Source of the DNA: a virus
Taxonomy: Duplodnaviria; Caudoviricetes
IMG/VR virus record: IMGVR_UViG_2721755587_000001
Length of the DNA stretch: 64,000 nucleotides
Direction: 5' to 3' (one strand)
In this document: in pieces, positions 29,688 through 40,093 of the stretch
How the letters are laid out: every line of letters starts with the position of its first letter
Position numbering within the stretch: the first letter of the stretch is position 1
The notes under the pieces: generated by a model
Told to the model about the DNA's origin: nothing
Seen by the model: the letters and a program-made list of their open reading frames with translations, nothing else
Database searches by the model: none
Program-made: the position numbers and the translations under genes

Positions 29688-30135
29688 AGCCAAAGAGCTT
29701 GGCGCGCTATCGCCGGAGGAGATGGTCTCCGTCCACCTGCTGCGGGAGGTCAAGCAAGCCCTCGATGACGTGCACGGGGTTTGCCAGGAATATGGCTGCC
29801 CGCAGGGTGCCACGGTCGCAGATTGGCTGCGGGACAAGCTCGCCGCTCCTCGGACGATCGCGGCCCGCTCTATCTCGCCAGTGGCCATCGAGTGGACTAG
29901 CCCGGACGGCACGGACGCGCTCTTTGCCAGCCAAGACATCACGGGAGCGGTCGAGGCAGTTTTGGTACGCCTGGATCCCGGGCATGAAGGCTACGACGGT
30001 GGTCCCATCTATCGTCAGACCTGGTTCTCGATCGTCACCAATGGGTTCATCTGCAGCGCAACCGGGACCCGGCTTCCCAACGTGACCGGATGGGCTCTTG
30101 CCGTGGATTCTAGCAAGGAGGTGAGCCATGGCTGA
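29680..30135 (+). CDS. Hypothetical protein
   Basis: Coupled ORF. Confidence 0.5.
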   Translation: MNEAKELGALSPEEMVSVHLLREVKQALDDVHGVCQEYGCPQGATVADWLRDKLAAPRTIAARSISPVAIEWTSPDGTDALFASQDITGAVEAVLVRLDPGHEGYDGGPIYRQTWFSIVTNGFICSATGTRLPNVTGWALAVDSSKEVSHG

Positions 30136-31873
30136 GCACGAGATCCCGAGTGAGTTGCACGGCGCTGTCATGAACCTGTCGTGCACGGTTCCCGCCGAGT
30201 ACGAAGATGCAGCAGTCAAGATGGGATATCGCGTGGGGCATCGCGACGCGCGGCATGCCGCCGCTGAACTTGTTGCTTCATCACGAGCGGAGCAGGCCGA
30301 GCGACCGGTTCCTGAGAAGGACATGCACGATGGGTTTGGCATCCCTATGTCAGACACCTTGCAGAATGCTGTCCACCGCGTCTATTTCCGTGCGGGCCTC
30401 CTGGTTGCGCGCGCGGACTTGGCGCGCTTTGTCGGGCTGCAAAACCCCGATGTGGCGGCGTCGATCCGCGCTTTCTGGTGGCGCGATTTGAGTGAAGATC
30501 CCGGAACGCCGCGCCTGCTTAAATGGGATGAAATTGCCGACGGCGGGGAAGAAGGCCCATGGACGGCAAAGGAGGTCAGTCCTAGCGTGGAGGCCCTGCC
30601 GATCGCGCTGCAGTTCCTCGAGGGCATGCCAGGCGAAGTGCCGCTCGAAGCATTGCCCCTCACGGAACCCGTGACTGTCGCGAAGGCTCTGCTCGCCGGA
30701 GAGCGGGCTCGCGTCGTTCTGGACAACGGCGTAGGCCCGAAGGCAACTGTGCACCTGGTGAACATCGGGCTGACCGGGTGGGTTCATACGCAGCCCACCG
30801 CAGCGGCATATGCGGAAGGATACAACGCCGGGTCCAGCGCTATGCGCCGAGCCATTGCGGGACCCGAGCAGCGGCTCCGCGCCAAGGCCGCATCTGCTGG
30901 CATTGATGGGCAGGCGAATGTCGAGGCCGCTGCGAAGGCTGCGCGCCATGTCTACTGGCTGCCGGCCTTTCCCGACGACGACTGGGAGCAAGCGTCTCAG
31001 ACTACAAAGCAGAAATGGATCGAAGTCGCCCGCGCCGCCCTCAACTCTGCTCCCTCGGCGTGTGGGACGTGCGGCGATGGTATCCAGCCTGACACACAGA
31101 CTGGAACGACATGTTCGTGCGCGTCGCAGTCCGCTCGCCCGGCACCTGTCAGCCGGGCGCATAAGTCGGTGCGTAAGGACACCTTATGGGATGTCGCAGT
31201 CAAGTTCTCGGAGTCACGCGGCTATAGCAGCCCGCAGTTGGCTATATCGGCGGCTCCTGATCTCCGTGCCCCGTCTGCTCCCATCAATGAGGGTGGCAGC
31301 GAGCCGGTAGCGTGGGCAATCTTCACCGCCGAGGGGAACATCAGGATCTGGTCGGCAAGTAAGACCAATGTCGAAGCCGTGGCAGAGAAGAGTGACTTGG
31401 CTCTGACGCCGCTCTACGCCGCCCCGCAAGCGAGCGCCAAGGCGCTGACGGAAACCGTGCATTCGAAGCTGAAGGAGCTGATCGGAATGCAGTCCGAAGG
31501 CGAATGGGATGACTCCATGATTGAGTCCGACGCGCGCAAGTTCACGGATGCATTGATGCCCATCCTGGCCGCAGAGCAGAGCAGCGAGGACATGCTTGAA
31601 CGCCTTCGCAATCCGATGCCTCCATTCGGCATGCTAGTTCGCACGCTGCGAATCGTCTCCGGTTCGTTGCTCATGGATATGGCGAAAGACCTGCAACTCG
31701 CGCCCTCCGAACTTAGTGCATACGAATGTGGCAGGAAGCCCATCCCAGAAGAACTTCCGCGCCACGCCGCAAATTATTTTGAACGGGAAGGTATCGGAGG
31801 AACTTTGTCTGCTCTGAGCAGGGCGCGCCGAGTCAGCATCCGCGGCGCAATCTCCAAAGGAGAGGGGAAGTGA
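30128..31873 (+). CDS. Mosaic hypothetical protein with C-terminal XRE HTH
   Basis: 581 aa; LMDMAKDLQLAPSELSAYECGRKPIP near the C-terminus. Confidence 0.6.
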   Translation: MAEHEIPSELHGAVMNLSCTVPAEYEDAAVKMGYRVGHRDARHAAAELVASSRAEQAERPVPEKDMHDGFGIPMSDTLQNAVHRVYFRAGLLVARADLARFVGLQNPDVAASIRAFWWRDLSEDPGTPRLLKWDEIADGGEEGPWTAKEVSPSVEALPIALQFLEGMPGEVPLEALPLTEPVTVAKALLAGERARVVLDNGVGPKATVHLVNIGLTGWVHTQPTAAAYAEGYNAGSSAMRRAIAGPEQRLRAKAASAGIDGQANVEAAAKAARHVYWLPAFPDDDWEQASQTTKQKWIEVARAALNSAPSACGTCGDGIQPDTQTGTTCSCASQSARPAPVSRAHKSVRKDTLWDVAVKFSESRGYSSPQLAISAAPDLRAPSAPINEGGSEPVAWAIFTAEGNIRIWSASKTNVEAVAEKSDLALTPLYAAPQASAKALTETVHSKLKELIGMQSEGEWDDSMIESDARKFTDALMPILAAEQSSEDMLERLRNPMPPFGMLVRTLRIVSGSLLMDMAKDLQLAPSELSAYECGRKPIPEELPRHAANYFEREGIGGTLSALSRARRVSIRGAISKGEGK

Positions 31874-32127
31874 GCGACATACGACAACTACCCGCGCCAC
31901 TCGAAACCAGCCGACCAGCGCCGAAGCGTATCGTGCGCCCGTGCGAATGGCAGCTTGTCAGTGCCGTTCAAGCCCTGGAAACACAGATGGGCTCCGTTGA
32001 GGCTTACAACCGGCTGTGCGATGCGGCGCGGAACCTGAAGCAGAAGATAGACGCCGGCCAGGGCCATGCCCAGCACGCGATGTGGGCAACCGACCCGAAG
32101 TGGATTTATCCCGCAGGAGGGGAATGA
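31870..32127 (+). CDS. Hypothetical protein
   Basis: GTGA-coupled ORF. Confidence 0.5.
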   Translation: MSDIRQLPAPLETSRPAPKRIVRPCEWQLVSAVQALETQMGSVEAYNRLCDAARNLKQKIDAGQGHAQHAMWATDPKWIYPAGGE

Positions 32128-32128
32128 G

Positions 32129-33244
32129 ATGAGCGCCATGACTGAGAGCGCAGAGCGGCTGGAGCGCGAGGCTTTTGAGGCTTGGTTTGAAAGTTGGCGT
32201 CGCAGCACTTGGCGGCCGCTTCCGTCTGATCCTCGCATTGAGTGCCCGGCGCATTGGAACACTGCCGCAAGGTGGCATATGGAGATTGCATGGAAAGCCG
32301 CACGCCGAGCCCCAGCGGAGGCCAGGTCATCGGAGATAGAGAGCATGCTGGAACAGCCCGTACGCTTCGATTTTGAAGGTTTCCAGCGATCGTTATCAGC
32401 TACGGTCGTGGCGCGGAATTTGACGTGGAAGCAGGTCGCCGAGGAAACGGGGGTAAGCCAGACGACGTTAAGTCGGATAGCTCACGGACGGAAGCCTGAT
32501 GGTCCTAGCCTCGCGGTGTTGATGTACTGGGCCAATCTGCCGTTGTGCGATTTGGTCAGTCTACCCGCCCCGAATATGGCGGGGGCATACGACCGGGAGG
32601 CTCAAGGGAGCCGGATGACTCGTATGCCCCAATATCAATTCAACGAAGACTGGGCGAAGCGCATGGGTGCTCATACGCCTCTTACCGAATGTTCGGTTCT
32701 AAGCTACGTGAATACACTTCTCGCCCAAGGGTTGGTACCCGCCTCGCGGCCGGCGTGCGCAGCCTGCGGAGGCAATGATGGCGACATTCCTTGCGCATAC
32801 CCGGATGGCACGCATCGCAGTTGTCTCCGCGCTGAGCAGCATATCGCGGTAGAGCGTGGCGGCGATATTGCGGCTGGCCTGTTCCTGCGCACCAAAGGCA
32901 GCGGCTGGAAGGAAGTGCAAAAGACCTTCGCCGGGCAGCCGGACGTGGTGACTCTGTATCACGCGGCGGGTTGGCCGAGCGCTACTGAGGCGCAACCCAG
33001 CGCCACAATGCGCGGCTCGCAGATCCCAGCCGGCCTCCAACACGGCGCGGGAGCCTATGCGCGCTGCTCGTACTGTGGTCGGTACTCAGACAACCCCAAA
33101 TCCCTGTCGCGTGAGAGTTTTCCTTGCGACTGTGGGGAAACGCACGGCTGGTGCGGCTCGTTTGTGAAGCCCAACGCCGAATCGAAGTGGAGCGAGGCGG
33201 GCATCATGGCGCGCCCCGCAATTGCCAAAGGAGAAGCAGAGTGA
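32129..33244 (+). CDS. Mosaic hypothetical protein with internal HTH and Cys clusters
   Basis: LTWKQVAEETGVSQTTLSRIAHG; CxxC motifs. Confidence 0.55.
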   Translation: MSAMTESAERLEREAFEAWFESWRRSTWRPLPSDPRIECPAHWNTAARWHMEIAWKAARRAPAEARSSEIESMLEQPVRFDFEGFQRSLSATVVARNLTWKQVAEETGVSQTTLSRIAHGRKPDGPSLAVLMYWANLPLCDLVSLPAPNMAGAYDREAQGSRMTRMPQYQFNEDWAKRMGAHTPLTECSVLSYVNTLLAQGLVPASRPACAACGGNDGDIPCAYPDGTHRSCLRAEQHIAVERGGDIAAGLFLRTKGSGWKEVQKTFAGQPDVVTLYHAAGWPSATEAQPSATMRGSQIPAGLQHGAGAYARCSYCGRYSDNPKSLSRESFPCDCGETHGWCGSFVKPNAESKWSEAGIMARPAIAKGEAE

Positions 33245-33747
33245 AGAAAACCGCTGTGGTTTCCGAGTGCGGCACTTACCGCTACCGGCTCGGCCGGCGC
33301 TGGGACGATGGCCCGGCTATGCTGTTCGTGATGCTCAACCCATCAACGGCAGATGCCGAGCAGGACGATCCGACCATCCGAAAATGCATCGGGTTTGCCA
33401 CGAGGAAAGGGTTTGGCGCTGTCGAGGTGGTCAACCTGTTCGGGTACCGCGCGACCAACCCCGCCGACCTGAAGGCGGCCGGCTATGACAGCGGGCCCGA
33501 AAACCAGCGTGCCATCACCGATGCGGTGCGCGAATCGATAGACGAGGGTGGCGCTATCGTCCTTGCCTGGGGAGCAAACGCGCGCGGACTAGCGGCTCCG
33601 GTAGTGGTGCAAGGCATTGTCCGTGGGATGGGCGCCAAGGCGCACGCACTGCGGCTGCTGGATGACGGCACGCCTGCGCATCCTCTTATGCTGCCATATT
33701 CGTGCGAACTGGTTGAGGTGGCCGGCGCTGGTGCCATGGTGGAGTAG
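33241..33747 (+). CDS. DUF1643 family protein
   Basis: YRY.L.R.W, MLNPSTAD...DDPTIR, VNLF, AWG, HPL. Confidence 0.85.
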   Translation: MKKTAVVSECGTYRYRLGRRWDDGPAMLFVMLNPSTADAEQDDPTIRKCIGFATRKGFGAVEVVNLFGYRATNPADLKAAGYDSGPENQRAITDAVRESIDEGGAIVLAWGANARGLAAPVVVQGIVRGMGAKAHALRLLDDGTPAHPLMLPYSCELVEVAGAGAMVE

Positions 33748-33751
33748 CGCG

Positions 33752-34231
33752 ATGGCTGAGCAACTGAATCTTGATGAGCTGGAGCGGCTGGCGAAGGTGG
33801 CTACCGAGGACTTTCAGGCCCGCGTGCAGCCGTGGATGATGGCTTGCTTCGGCGCGGAGATCTCAGCCGATGCGCAGGAGCGCAACCATCGGTTCCTTGA
33901 GGAAGCACTAGAACTGGTGCAGGCGTGCGGCGCGACGCAAAGCGAGGCCCACCAGCTGGTCGATTACGTCTACGGCAGGCCGGTAGGAGAGAAGGTACAG
34001 GAGGTCGGCGGAGTCATGGTGACGCTGGCAGCGCTGTGCCTGGCACAGGACCTGGACATGCACGCCGCCGGCGAGACTGAGCTCGCGCGCATCTGGACCA
34101 AGGTCGAGCAGATTCGGGCGAAGCAGGCAGCAAAGCCAAAGCACTCTCCGTTGCCGCAGCACGTTTCCGGGCTAGACATCTACAAGAGCGGCCGCTATTG
34201 GCTGAAGAAACCAATTCAAGAGATCGAATAA
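33752..34231 (+). CDS. Putative MazG-like all-alpha pyrophosphatase
   Basis: RFLEEALEL...QEVGG; acidic residue spacing resembles MazG. Confidence 0.45.
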   Translation: MAEQLNLDELERLAKVATEDFQARVQPWMMACFGAEISADAQERNHRFLEEALELVQACGATQSEAHQLVDYVYGRPVGEKVQEVGGVMVTLAALCLAQDLDMHAAGETELARIWTKVEQIRAKQAAKPKHSPLPQHVSGLDIYKSGRYWLKKPIQEIE

Positions 34232-34791
34232 TGAAAAGCCCAACCTTTGCCCCAGCATACCTGTCGTATTTCCCCATGCTGGCGGAAGTAGCGCAGAAGC
34301 ACGGCTATGCCCTGGCCGCGCACGGCAGCCTTGTTAGCGATTTCGACCTGGTAGCGATCCCTTGGAAGGCGGAGGCCTCGTCAGCCGAAGAGCTGATGCG
34401 GGCAATTGCCAAGTACGCAGACGCATGCATGGATCTGAAGGATGGCCACGGCGTGCCATTGCACGTGCGAGAGCGGAAACCGCACGGGCGCGTGTCCTGG
34501 TCCATCCAATTAGGCAATGGCGCGTACATCGATCTGAGCGTCATGCCGCTGCTTGCCACCCACTCCCCGTCTCCCGTGCAGTCACAGGCTCGGGCGTGCG
34601 GCTGCCACAAGTGCATCAGGGACAAGGACGACGCTTCTGGCATACCACTCGCATTGACGCGCATGGTTCTCTGCCCGACCTGTGGAAACAAGCGGTGCCC
34701 ACGCGCCTCCGACCACGACCGTGCATGTACTGGAAGCAATGAGCCTGGCCAAGAGGGGAGCATCTACCCCAGGCCGCATTTTCAAGACTGA
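34231..34791 (+). CDS. Putative nucleotidyltransferase-like protein with C-terminal Zn finger
   Basis: HGSL..DFDLV motif; CPTCGNKRCP. Confidence 0.5.
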   Translation: MKSPTFAPAYLSYFPMLAEVAQKHGYALAAHGSLVSDFDLVAIPWKAEASSAEELMRAIAKYADACMDLKDGHGVPLHVRERKPHGRVSWSIQLGNGAYIDLSVMPLLATHSPSPVQSQARACGCHKCIRDKDDASGIPLALTRMVLCPTCGNKRCPRASDHDRACTGSNEPGQEGSIYPRPHFQD

Positions 34792-35470
34792 CCTGGAGGT
34801 CCAAACCATGGATGCAGCAAGGCCACTACGGGTTTGCATACGATGCACTGGTCAGCACTCGGTGCAGCACTGCCCTTGGCCATCAGGAGATGACAAATAA
34901 AGGTTGGCGCAATCTAGTGCGGGGCTAAGTGAAAACACCTAGAAAATATATCTGCATGACGTTTTAATCACAAACAGGTGGTGTGCGCACTGCGGAAATA
35001 TCGCCGGAAACCTAAGCGCCGTGCGGGTTTCCGGCCTGATTACCCATCCCGATGCAAAACGCGCTGGCGCTTGGAAAAGGAGATTAGCAAATTTCTTCGC
35101 GCGCGCAACTATTTGATCGGAACGCCTTTTTGGGGCGTTTGCAGAGTGGTCGAAATGCCCTTAAAGTCATCTCCACACCGAATCAAACAAGGGGAGTCAC
35201 CGTGAAACAACAGGGCAAGAGCGAACGCTATTCGAACTCTGCCCCGTCTGACATGCGGGGTGCCGACTACCCAAGGGACGGGAGAACGATGCTGCGTCGA
35301 CCGCGCTGTCAGCGAGACTAGCCCCTGATCCTCCATTCGACCCGGTGCCGCAGCCTTGTAGCCTAGCCGGCAACTGGGCCCATCGCAGTTCGACGCATTG
35401 AAAAACTGCTGGAATCAATAGCCATATGTGGCGCATAATAGTTCGATGATGCTATCGAGGAGGGATTCGC

Positions 35471-35839
35471 TTGAGAACCAAAATCGCTCATATCGCGGCG
35501 CTAGCGGCAATGGGGACGCTTGCTCACCAGCAGCGAGAACCCCAGAGCGCGCCACTGCCAGCACCAGTACCGCCGCGCGTTGAAATCAACCCGGAGCGCG
35601 TTCGACAAGCCATTCATGTCGTATGCCTTAAGCGCATGGGAAAGACCGCCACGTTCACCCGGGAGAACCTGCGTCGTCAGATCGAGTGGGTGCTGCCGCT
35701 GAGCGTGCCAGAACTCGCTCGCCTGCAGACTGACATCAACAAAATGGTTCATGAGGTCATCACCACGCAGCGGGAGGCCGGGCGGGTTCGCCGCGTCAAG
35801 AAAGGGCTGTACCGCTGGGTCGGAGGGCCGTTGGAATGA
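35471..35839 (+). CDS. Hypothetical protein
   Basis: ORF after operator 35419, with RBS. Confidence 0.5.
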   Translation: MRTKIAHIAALAAMGTLAHQQREPQSAPLPAPVPPRVEINPERVRQAIHVVCLKRMGKTATFTRENLRRQIEWVLPLSVPELARLQTDINKMVHEVITTQREAGRVRRVKKGLYRWVGGPLE

Positions 35840-36114
35840 AGGTGCGTGGGTTTGAGGTGCCTGTAGAGATCAAAGCCGCTGCCTTGGCGCGCATGGAACG
35901 CGGGCCTTTCGTGGTGGCAGAGATTGTGCCCTTGGTTAGGAAGATGCTGCCTCCGGACCTTAGAGCTGACTGCACGGTGTTCCGGTTGAGCCATAGCGAA
36001 ATTGCTGATCGCATCGTTGATCGCATTTTGCAGGGTGAGAAGAAGGCCGGCCGAGTTGAGAAGACTGGCCTATACCGCACCGGTTCGCCCATCTGGCGGT
36101 GGGTGTCTGAATGA
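35836..36114 (+). CDS. Hypothetical protein
   Basis: ATGA-coupled. Confidence 0.5.
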   Translation: MKVRGFEVPVEIKAAALARMERGPFVVAEIVPLVRKMLPPDLRADCTVFRLSHSEIADRIVDRILQGEKKAGRVEKTGLYRTGSPIWRWVSE

Positions 36115-36127
36115 TGAAGGCGAGAAA

Positions 36128-36517
36128 ATGACGTGTGACATAAGCGCCATGAGGGCAGCGGCAGAAGCCGCCATAGAGCATGGTGAAAAAATCGGCGAAA
36201 CCGCCTGGTACGAGAAGGGCTCGCTGCAGGGCGTGACCTGCGACATCATCGGTGAAGACGATGACGCCCATATCGCGGGATGCTCGCCGGTAACGATCCT
36301 GGAATTGATCGCCAGGGTTGAGCGCGCGGAGGCAGCCGCCCGTGCATTGATTCACTGGTACAAGCCGGAAGTCGAAGGACTCAAGGCAGACTACCACCCC
36401 TATGACACGTTGATGATGCCCGTGGCCGACTTCGTCAAGGCTGAGATGGATTCGGGGCCTCAGGGACAACTCGACCTTTCCCCCGATCGAGGCAATACCG
36501 CACGGGTGGCGTCATGA
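36128..36517 (+). CDS. Ea22-like hypothetical protein
   Basis: DAHIA.CSP.TILELI motif. Confidence 0.5.
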   Translation: MTCDISAMRAAAEAAIEHGEKIGETAWYEKGSLQGVTCDIIGEDDDAHIAGCSPVTILELIARVERAEAAARALIHWYKPEVEGLKADYHPYDTLMMPVADFVKAEMDSGPQGQLDLSPDRGNTARVAS

Positions 36518-37032
36518 GGTTCAATTTCCGTTGCACCAATGTCGATGTTTGCCTGGCCATGGTCCAGCATTTCGTGGGGATAGGCGACGTGAACATTGCC
36601 TGTGCCGACATCTTCAGCGCAGGCCGTGCAGATGCGATCGTGAGCCCAGCAAATAGCTACGGCTACATGGATGGGGGAATCGACCTGGTCTACATCCGGC
36701 GCTTCGGGTGGGATCTGCAGACGCGTCTGCAAATGTTGCTTAGGGAACGCCACGGCGGTGTGCTGCCCATCGGCCAGGCCGTCGCAGTGCCGACCGGGGA
36801 CCCCGAGATCCCGACCATGATCAGTTCGCCAACTATGGTGCGCCCTAGTCCTGTTCCGCTGTCTCAAAACGCCTACCTTGCGACCCGGGCCGCATTGCTT
36901 ATAGCTCGGAAGTTGGGGGTTGAAATCCTGCTTGGCACCGGCATGTGCACGCTCACCGGCCGCATGGCTCCGGCAGAGAGTGCGGCTCAGATGCGGAAAG
37001 CGTGGGATGAGGTGATGGTGCGGCCGGTATGA
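36514..37032 (+). CDS. Macro domain (ADP-ribose processing) protein
   Basis: DAIVSPANSYGYMDGGID, SPTM, GMCTLTG. Confidence 0.88.
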   Translation: MRFNFRCTNVDVCLAMVQHFVGIGDVNIACADIFSAGRADAIVSPANSYGYMDGGIDLVYIRRFGWDLQTRLQMLLRERHGGVLPIGQAVAVPTGDPEIPTMISSPTMVRPSPVPLSQNAYLATRAALLIARKLGVEILLGTGMCTLTGRMAPAESAAQMRKAWDEVMVRPV

Positions 37033-37322
37033 CGGACCTGGAACTGATCGAGGCAGCAGCGCAGGCAGCTGGTTACGAGACGCAGCGGTACCGCGTGCGC
37101 GAGCTCGAAGTAGTGTACGTGCGCGAGGACGGCGGCGAGTGGGAGTACTTCGACCCGCTACAGGACGATGCCCATGCTTTCCGCTTGATGGTCAGGATGG
37201 CACGGCGGGTAGCCAGCAATGGGGGCAATTTCTCGTGTGCTTTCGCTGAGGTTGATGGCGATCGTGCGAAGGTGCGTCGATCGCTCGCCACGGCTGTTGC
37301 TGGACGGAAGGGACTCCAATGA
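37029..37322 (+). CDS. Hypothetical phage protein
   Basis: FDPL.DD.HAFRL.V. Confidence 0.55.
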   Translation: MTDLELIEAAAQAAGYETQRYRVRELEVVYVREDGGEWEYFDPLQDDAHAFRLMVRMARRVASNGGNFSCAFAEVDGDRAKVRRSLATAVAGRKGLQ

Positions 37323-37594
37323 AGGTCGAGATGGGAAAGATCCCGATCACCATTTCCCTGGACGCGCCGAAGGTCGGCGATGTGTTGCGCGCGAAGGGCG
37401 GCCGGGGAGATACGCGTTTCTGGCTAGTAGCCGCTGTCGCCAATCAGACCGCGCACGTTCTGGGTTTGGACCGCGAAGGGAACATCGTCAGCACTGCTAG
37501 TTACGGTGTTCATGCGCTCGCCGGCCGTGAGATAGTTGGCGCGGTCGAGGACTTCGCGGAAATGCGCCTCAATATCAAATGGGAGACTGTCTAA
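37319..37594 (+). CDS. Hypothetical protein
   Basis: ATGA-coupled. Confidence 0.5.
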   Translation: MKVEMGKIPITISLDAPKVGDVLRAKGGRGDTRFWLVAAVANQTAHVLGLDREGNIVSTASYGVHALAGREIVGAVEDFAEMRLNIKWETV

Positions 37595-37750
37595 GATTCT
37601 GCGTCTCACGCAGAAACGGGTACGCCTTAACCCAAACCGGTGATGACGATTACGGAAAGTTGCGCCGTTTGAGGCGCCCCCGGTATAACAGAATGGTGGA
37701 GTTGATAACCACCGCTGGCGACTTCGACAGCGATATCGAATCCACGAGTA

Positions 37751-39265
37751 GTGCCGGCAGCAAAGACGCTTCCTGAAGACCCCCGCTGGCTGGGCTTTGT
37801 CGATCGCTATGCGTTCGATCTGACGCGCTTCGCAATTGAGGTGTGCGGGATGACCTGCACACATCAACAGATCGACCTCTTCGAATCCATCAACCCGGCC
37901 GGCTCAAGGACGTCTGTTTCATCCGGACACGGCACCGGGAAGACGAGAGCCATTGGTATCACGGCGTTGTGGCATCTGCTGTGCTACTTCCTCAGTAACA
38001 CGATGCTGACCGCGCCGAAGATAGAGCAGGTCCGCAACACAGCTTGGAAGGAGATCACCGATATCAAGGACCTGGTCCGCGCCGGCCCGCATGGGTGGAT
38101 AGCGGACTACTTTGAGGTCGAGGCTGAGCGCGTCTACGTAAAGGGCTACAAGCAGCAGTGGTTCATCATTGCCAAGACTGCCCCGCGCGGCTCGCCAGAG
38201 AATCTGGCGGGTATGCACCGGGACTGGTACCTGGTGATAGCCGATGAGGCCTCGGGCATCCCGGACAACAACTACACGGTGCTGACGGGCGCGTTGACAG
38301 ATGCCCGCAACCGGATGTTGCTGACGAGCCAGCCGACGCGAAACGTGGGGTTCTTCTACGATACGCATCACTCCCTGTCGAAAGCGGAGGGTGGGCCGTG
38401 GAATGCCCTCGTTTTCAACTCGGAGGAATCGCCTCGGGTATCGGACGAGTTCATTCGGGACAAGAAGCTCGAGTACACCGATGTGGAGTACCAGATCAAG
38501 GTGCTCGGCCGGTTCCCCGAGAACATGGACGGTTTTCTGCTGGGGCGCAGCCAGCTCGAGGCTTGCTTCGACAAGGAGGTAATCGGGGACGGCCTGCTTT
38601 ATGGCTTTGTCGCTTCGGCTGACGTAGGGGCCGGCGAATACCGGGACAAATCGATTCTGGTGCTAGCGAAGGTGTCCGGCTATGGTGATTTCGGGCCGGA
38701 CGCGAGACGGGTGCAGGTATTTGGTATCCCCATCATCACGAACACTCGAATCATTCAGGACTTCACTGGTGACGTGTTTCACCAGGTCGCTGAAATTGAG
38801 AGCGCGACCACCCTGGTTGATGCCGGCGGCATGGGGGTGGCGGTCTGCCAGGGTTTAGAGACAAAGGGCTTGCCCAATGTCATACGGGTGAAGTGGGGTA
38901 ATTCCTGCTTCGGTACGAAAAACAAGGAGCGCTTCTTCAATCTGCGCGCGCAGGCCATGGTGCATGCATCTCGGGCGGCCAAGGAAGGCCGGCTGGGCAT
39001 TGTCTCAGGGCCCTGGCGCAAGGACATTCTGGATCAGGGGTCCCGCATCCCCTACCACTTTGATGAGAAGGCGCGCTATGTCATAGAGAAGAAGGAGGAT
39101 ATGCGGGCTGCCGGTATTCCATCTCCAGACATCTGGGACGCAATCTGTTTCCTATTCCTGGAAGACGCCAACTACATCATCGCTGAGTCAAGTTCGACTC
39201 CGGAGGTGGTGACGAAACGCGACGAGGCAAGGAAGGAGGCCGAGGATATGTTTGCGCATGCTTAA
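37751..39265 (+). CDS. terL: Terminase large subunit (P1 PacB-like)
   Basis: SGHGTGKT Walker A, IADEASG Walker B, SQPTR, ADVG and VDAGG nuclease Asp residues, SPD.WD. Confidence 0.9.
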   Translation: MPAAKTLPEDPRWLGFVDRYAFDLTRFAIEVCGMTCTHQQIDLFESINPAGSRTSVSSGHGTGKTRAIGITALWHLLCYFLSNTMLTAPKIEQVRNTAWKEITDIKDLVRAGPHGWIADYFEVEAERVYVKGYKQQWFIIAKTAPRGSPENLAGMHRDWYLVIADEASGIPDNNYTVLTGALTDARNRMLLTSQPTRNVGFFYDTHHSLSKAEGGPWNALVFNSEESPRVSDEFIRDKKLEYTDVEYQIKVLGRFPENMDGFLLGRSQLEACFDKEVIGDGLLYGFVASADVGAGEYRDKSILVLAKVSGYGDFGPDARRVQVFGIPIITNTRIIQDFTGDVFHQVAEIESATTLVDAGGMGVAVCQGLETKGLPNVIRVKWGNSCFGTKNKERFFNLRAQAMVHASRAAKEGRLGIVSGPWRKDILDQGSRIPYHFDEKARYVIEKKEDMRAAGIPSPDIWDAICFLFLEDANYIIAESSSTPEVVTKRDEARKEAEDMFAHA

Positions 39266-39373
39266 CCCCTCTTCATGGGGGGATGCGGTCAGACATAAGT
39301 GAGTCCAGAATACCCACCGATGGCTAAAAATAGTCGCCTAAAAACGGTGACACAGACAAAAGCATAGGAGTTT

Positions 39374-39631
39374 TTGATGGATCAGAAGACGGACGACTCC
39401 CCCATCTATATCACCGGAGACGTGGCCAAGCCCATTCTCCTGGCTATCGAGAAGGTGGTTGCCAAGGCTGCAAAGGACGGGGTCAGCGCTAGTGTCGAGG
39501 AGGTCGGCGATACGCTTGCAGACGGGTTGAGCAACACCGACGAGGCAGGGCGTATTGAGATCCTCCGCGCAATATCGGAAATGCTGATTCACAACTTCGA
39601 AGGGTTCACGCTCAGGCCATCTGAGTGCTGA
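39374..39631 (+). CDS. Hypothetical protein
   Basis: 85-aa ORF with RBS; terminator downstream. Confidence 0.5.
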   Translation: MMDQKTDDSPIYITGDVAKPILLAIEKVVAKAAKDGVSASVEEVGDTLADGLSNTDEAGRIEILRAISEMLIHNFEGFTLRPSEC

Positions 39632-39684
39632 TCCGCTTCAAAGGATAGGGCGAGAGGGGTCTTACCTATCTGGCAGCAGCGAAA

Positions 39685-39720
39685 GAGCCTCGAGACATGA
39701 GCTTGGGGCTCATTTTTTTT
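39685..39720 (+). terminator. Intrinsic terminator
   Basis: GAGCCTCGAG...CTTGGGGCTC followed by a T run. Confidence 0.6.
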
Positions 39721-39887
39721 GCCCCAAATAATGCGTATATGGCTAAAAAAATGCTTGATAAAATAGCCACATATGCATAATATCCAACCGTCACTTGTCA
39801 GGACTTCTAAGGGGAGACGGCTGATGGGCTTCAAGCATACCGCAACCGGGGATACCGTCCCTGGGCTTGGAAACAGGAGGTAAGGCG

Positions 39888-40070
39888 ATGTTCCTTGCTT
39901 GCTTCATCAGTTCGCTCGCCCTTGCCCTTGTTGTCACCGCCATCACCAGGCCACGCACTCTGAACAGCGCCGTCCTGGAGATCGGGGTCGTGACCGTGAC
40001 AGCCCTGTTTTCGCTGTATTGCGCTGCAACGGCCTTTCACTGGGCCTTCCCGCATGCACCAGGTTTCTAG
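39888..40070 (+). CDS. Small two-TM membrane protein
   Basis: RBS AGGAGG; two hydrophobic stretches. Confidence 0.5.
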   Translation: MFLACFISSLALALVVTAITRPRTLNSAVLEIGVVTVTALFSLYCAATAFHWAFPHAPGF

Positions 40071-40093
40071 TCAAGCTCAGCAGGTAGAACAGC

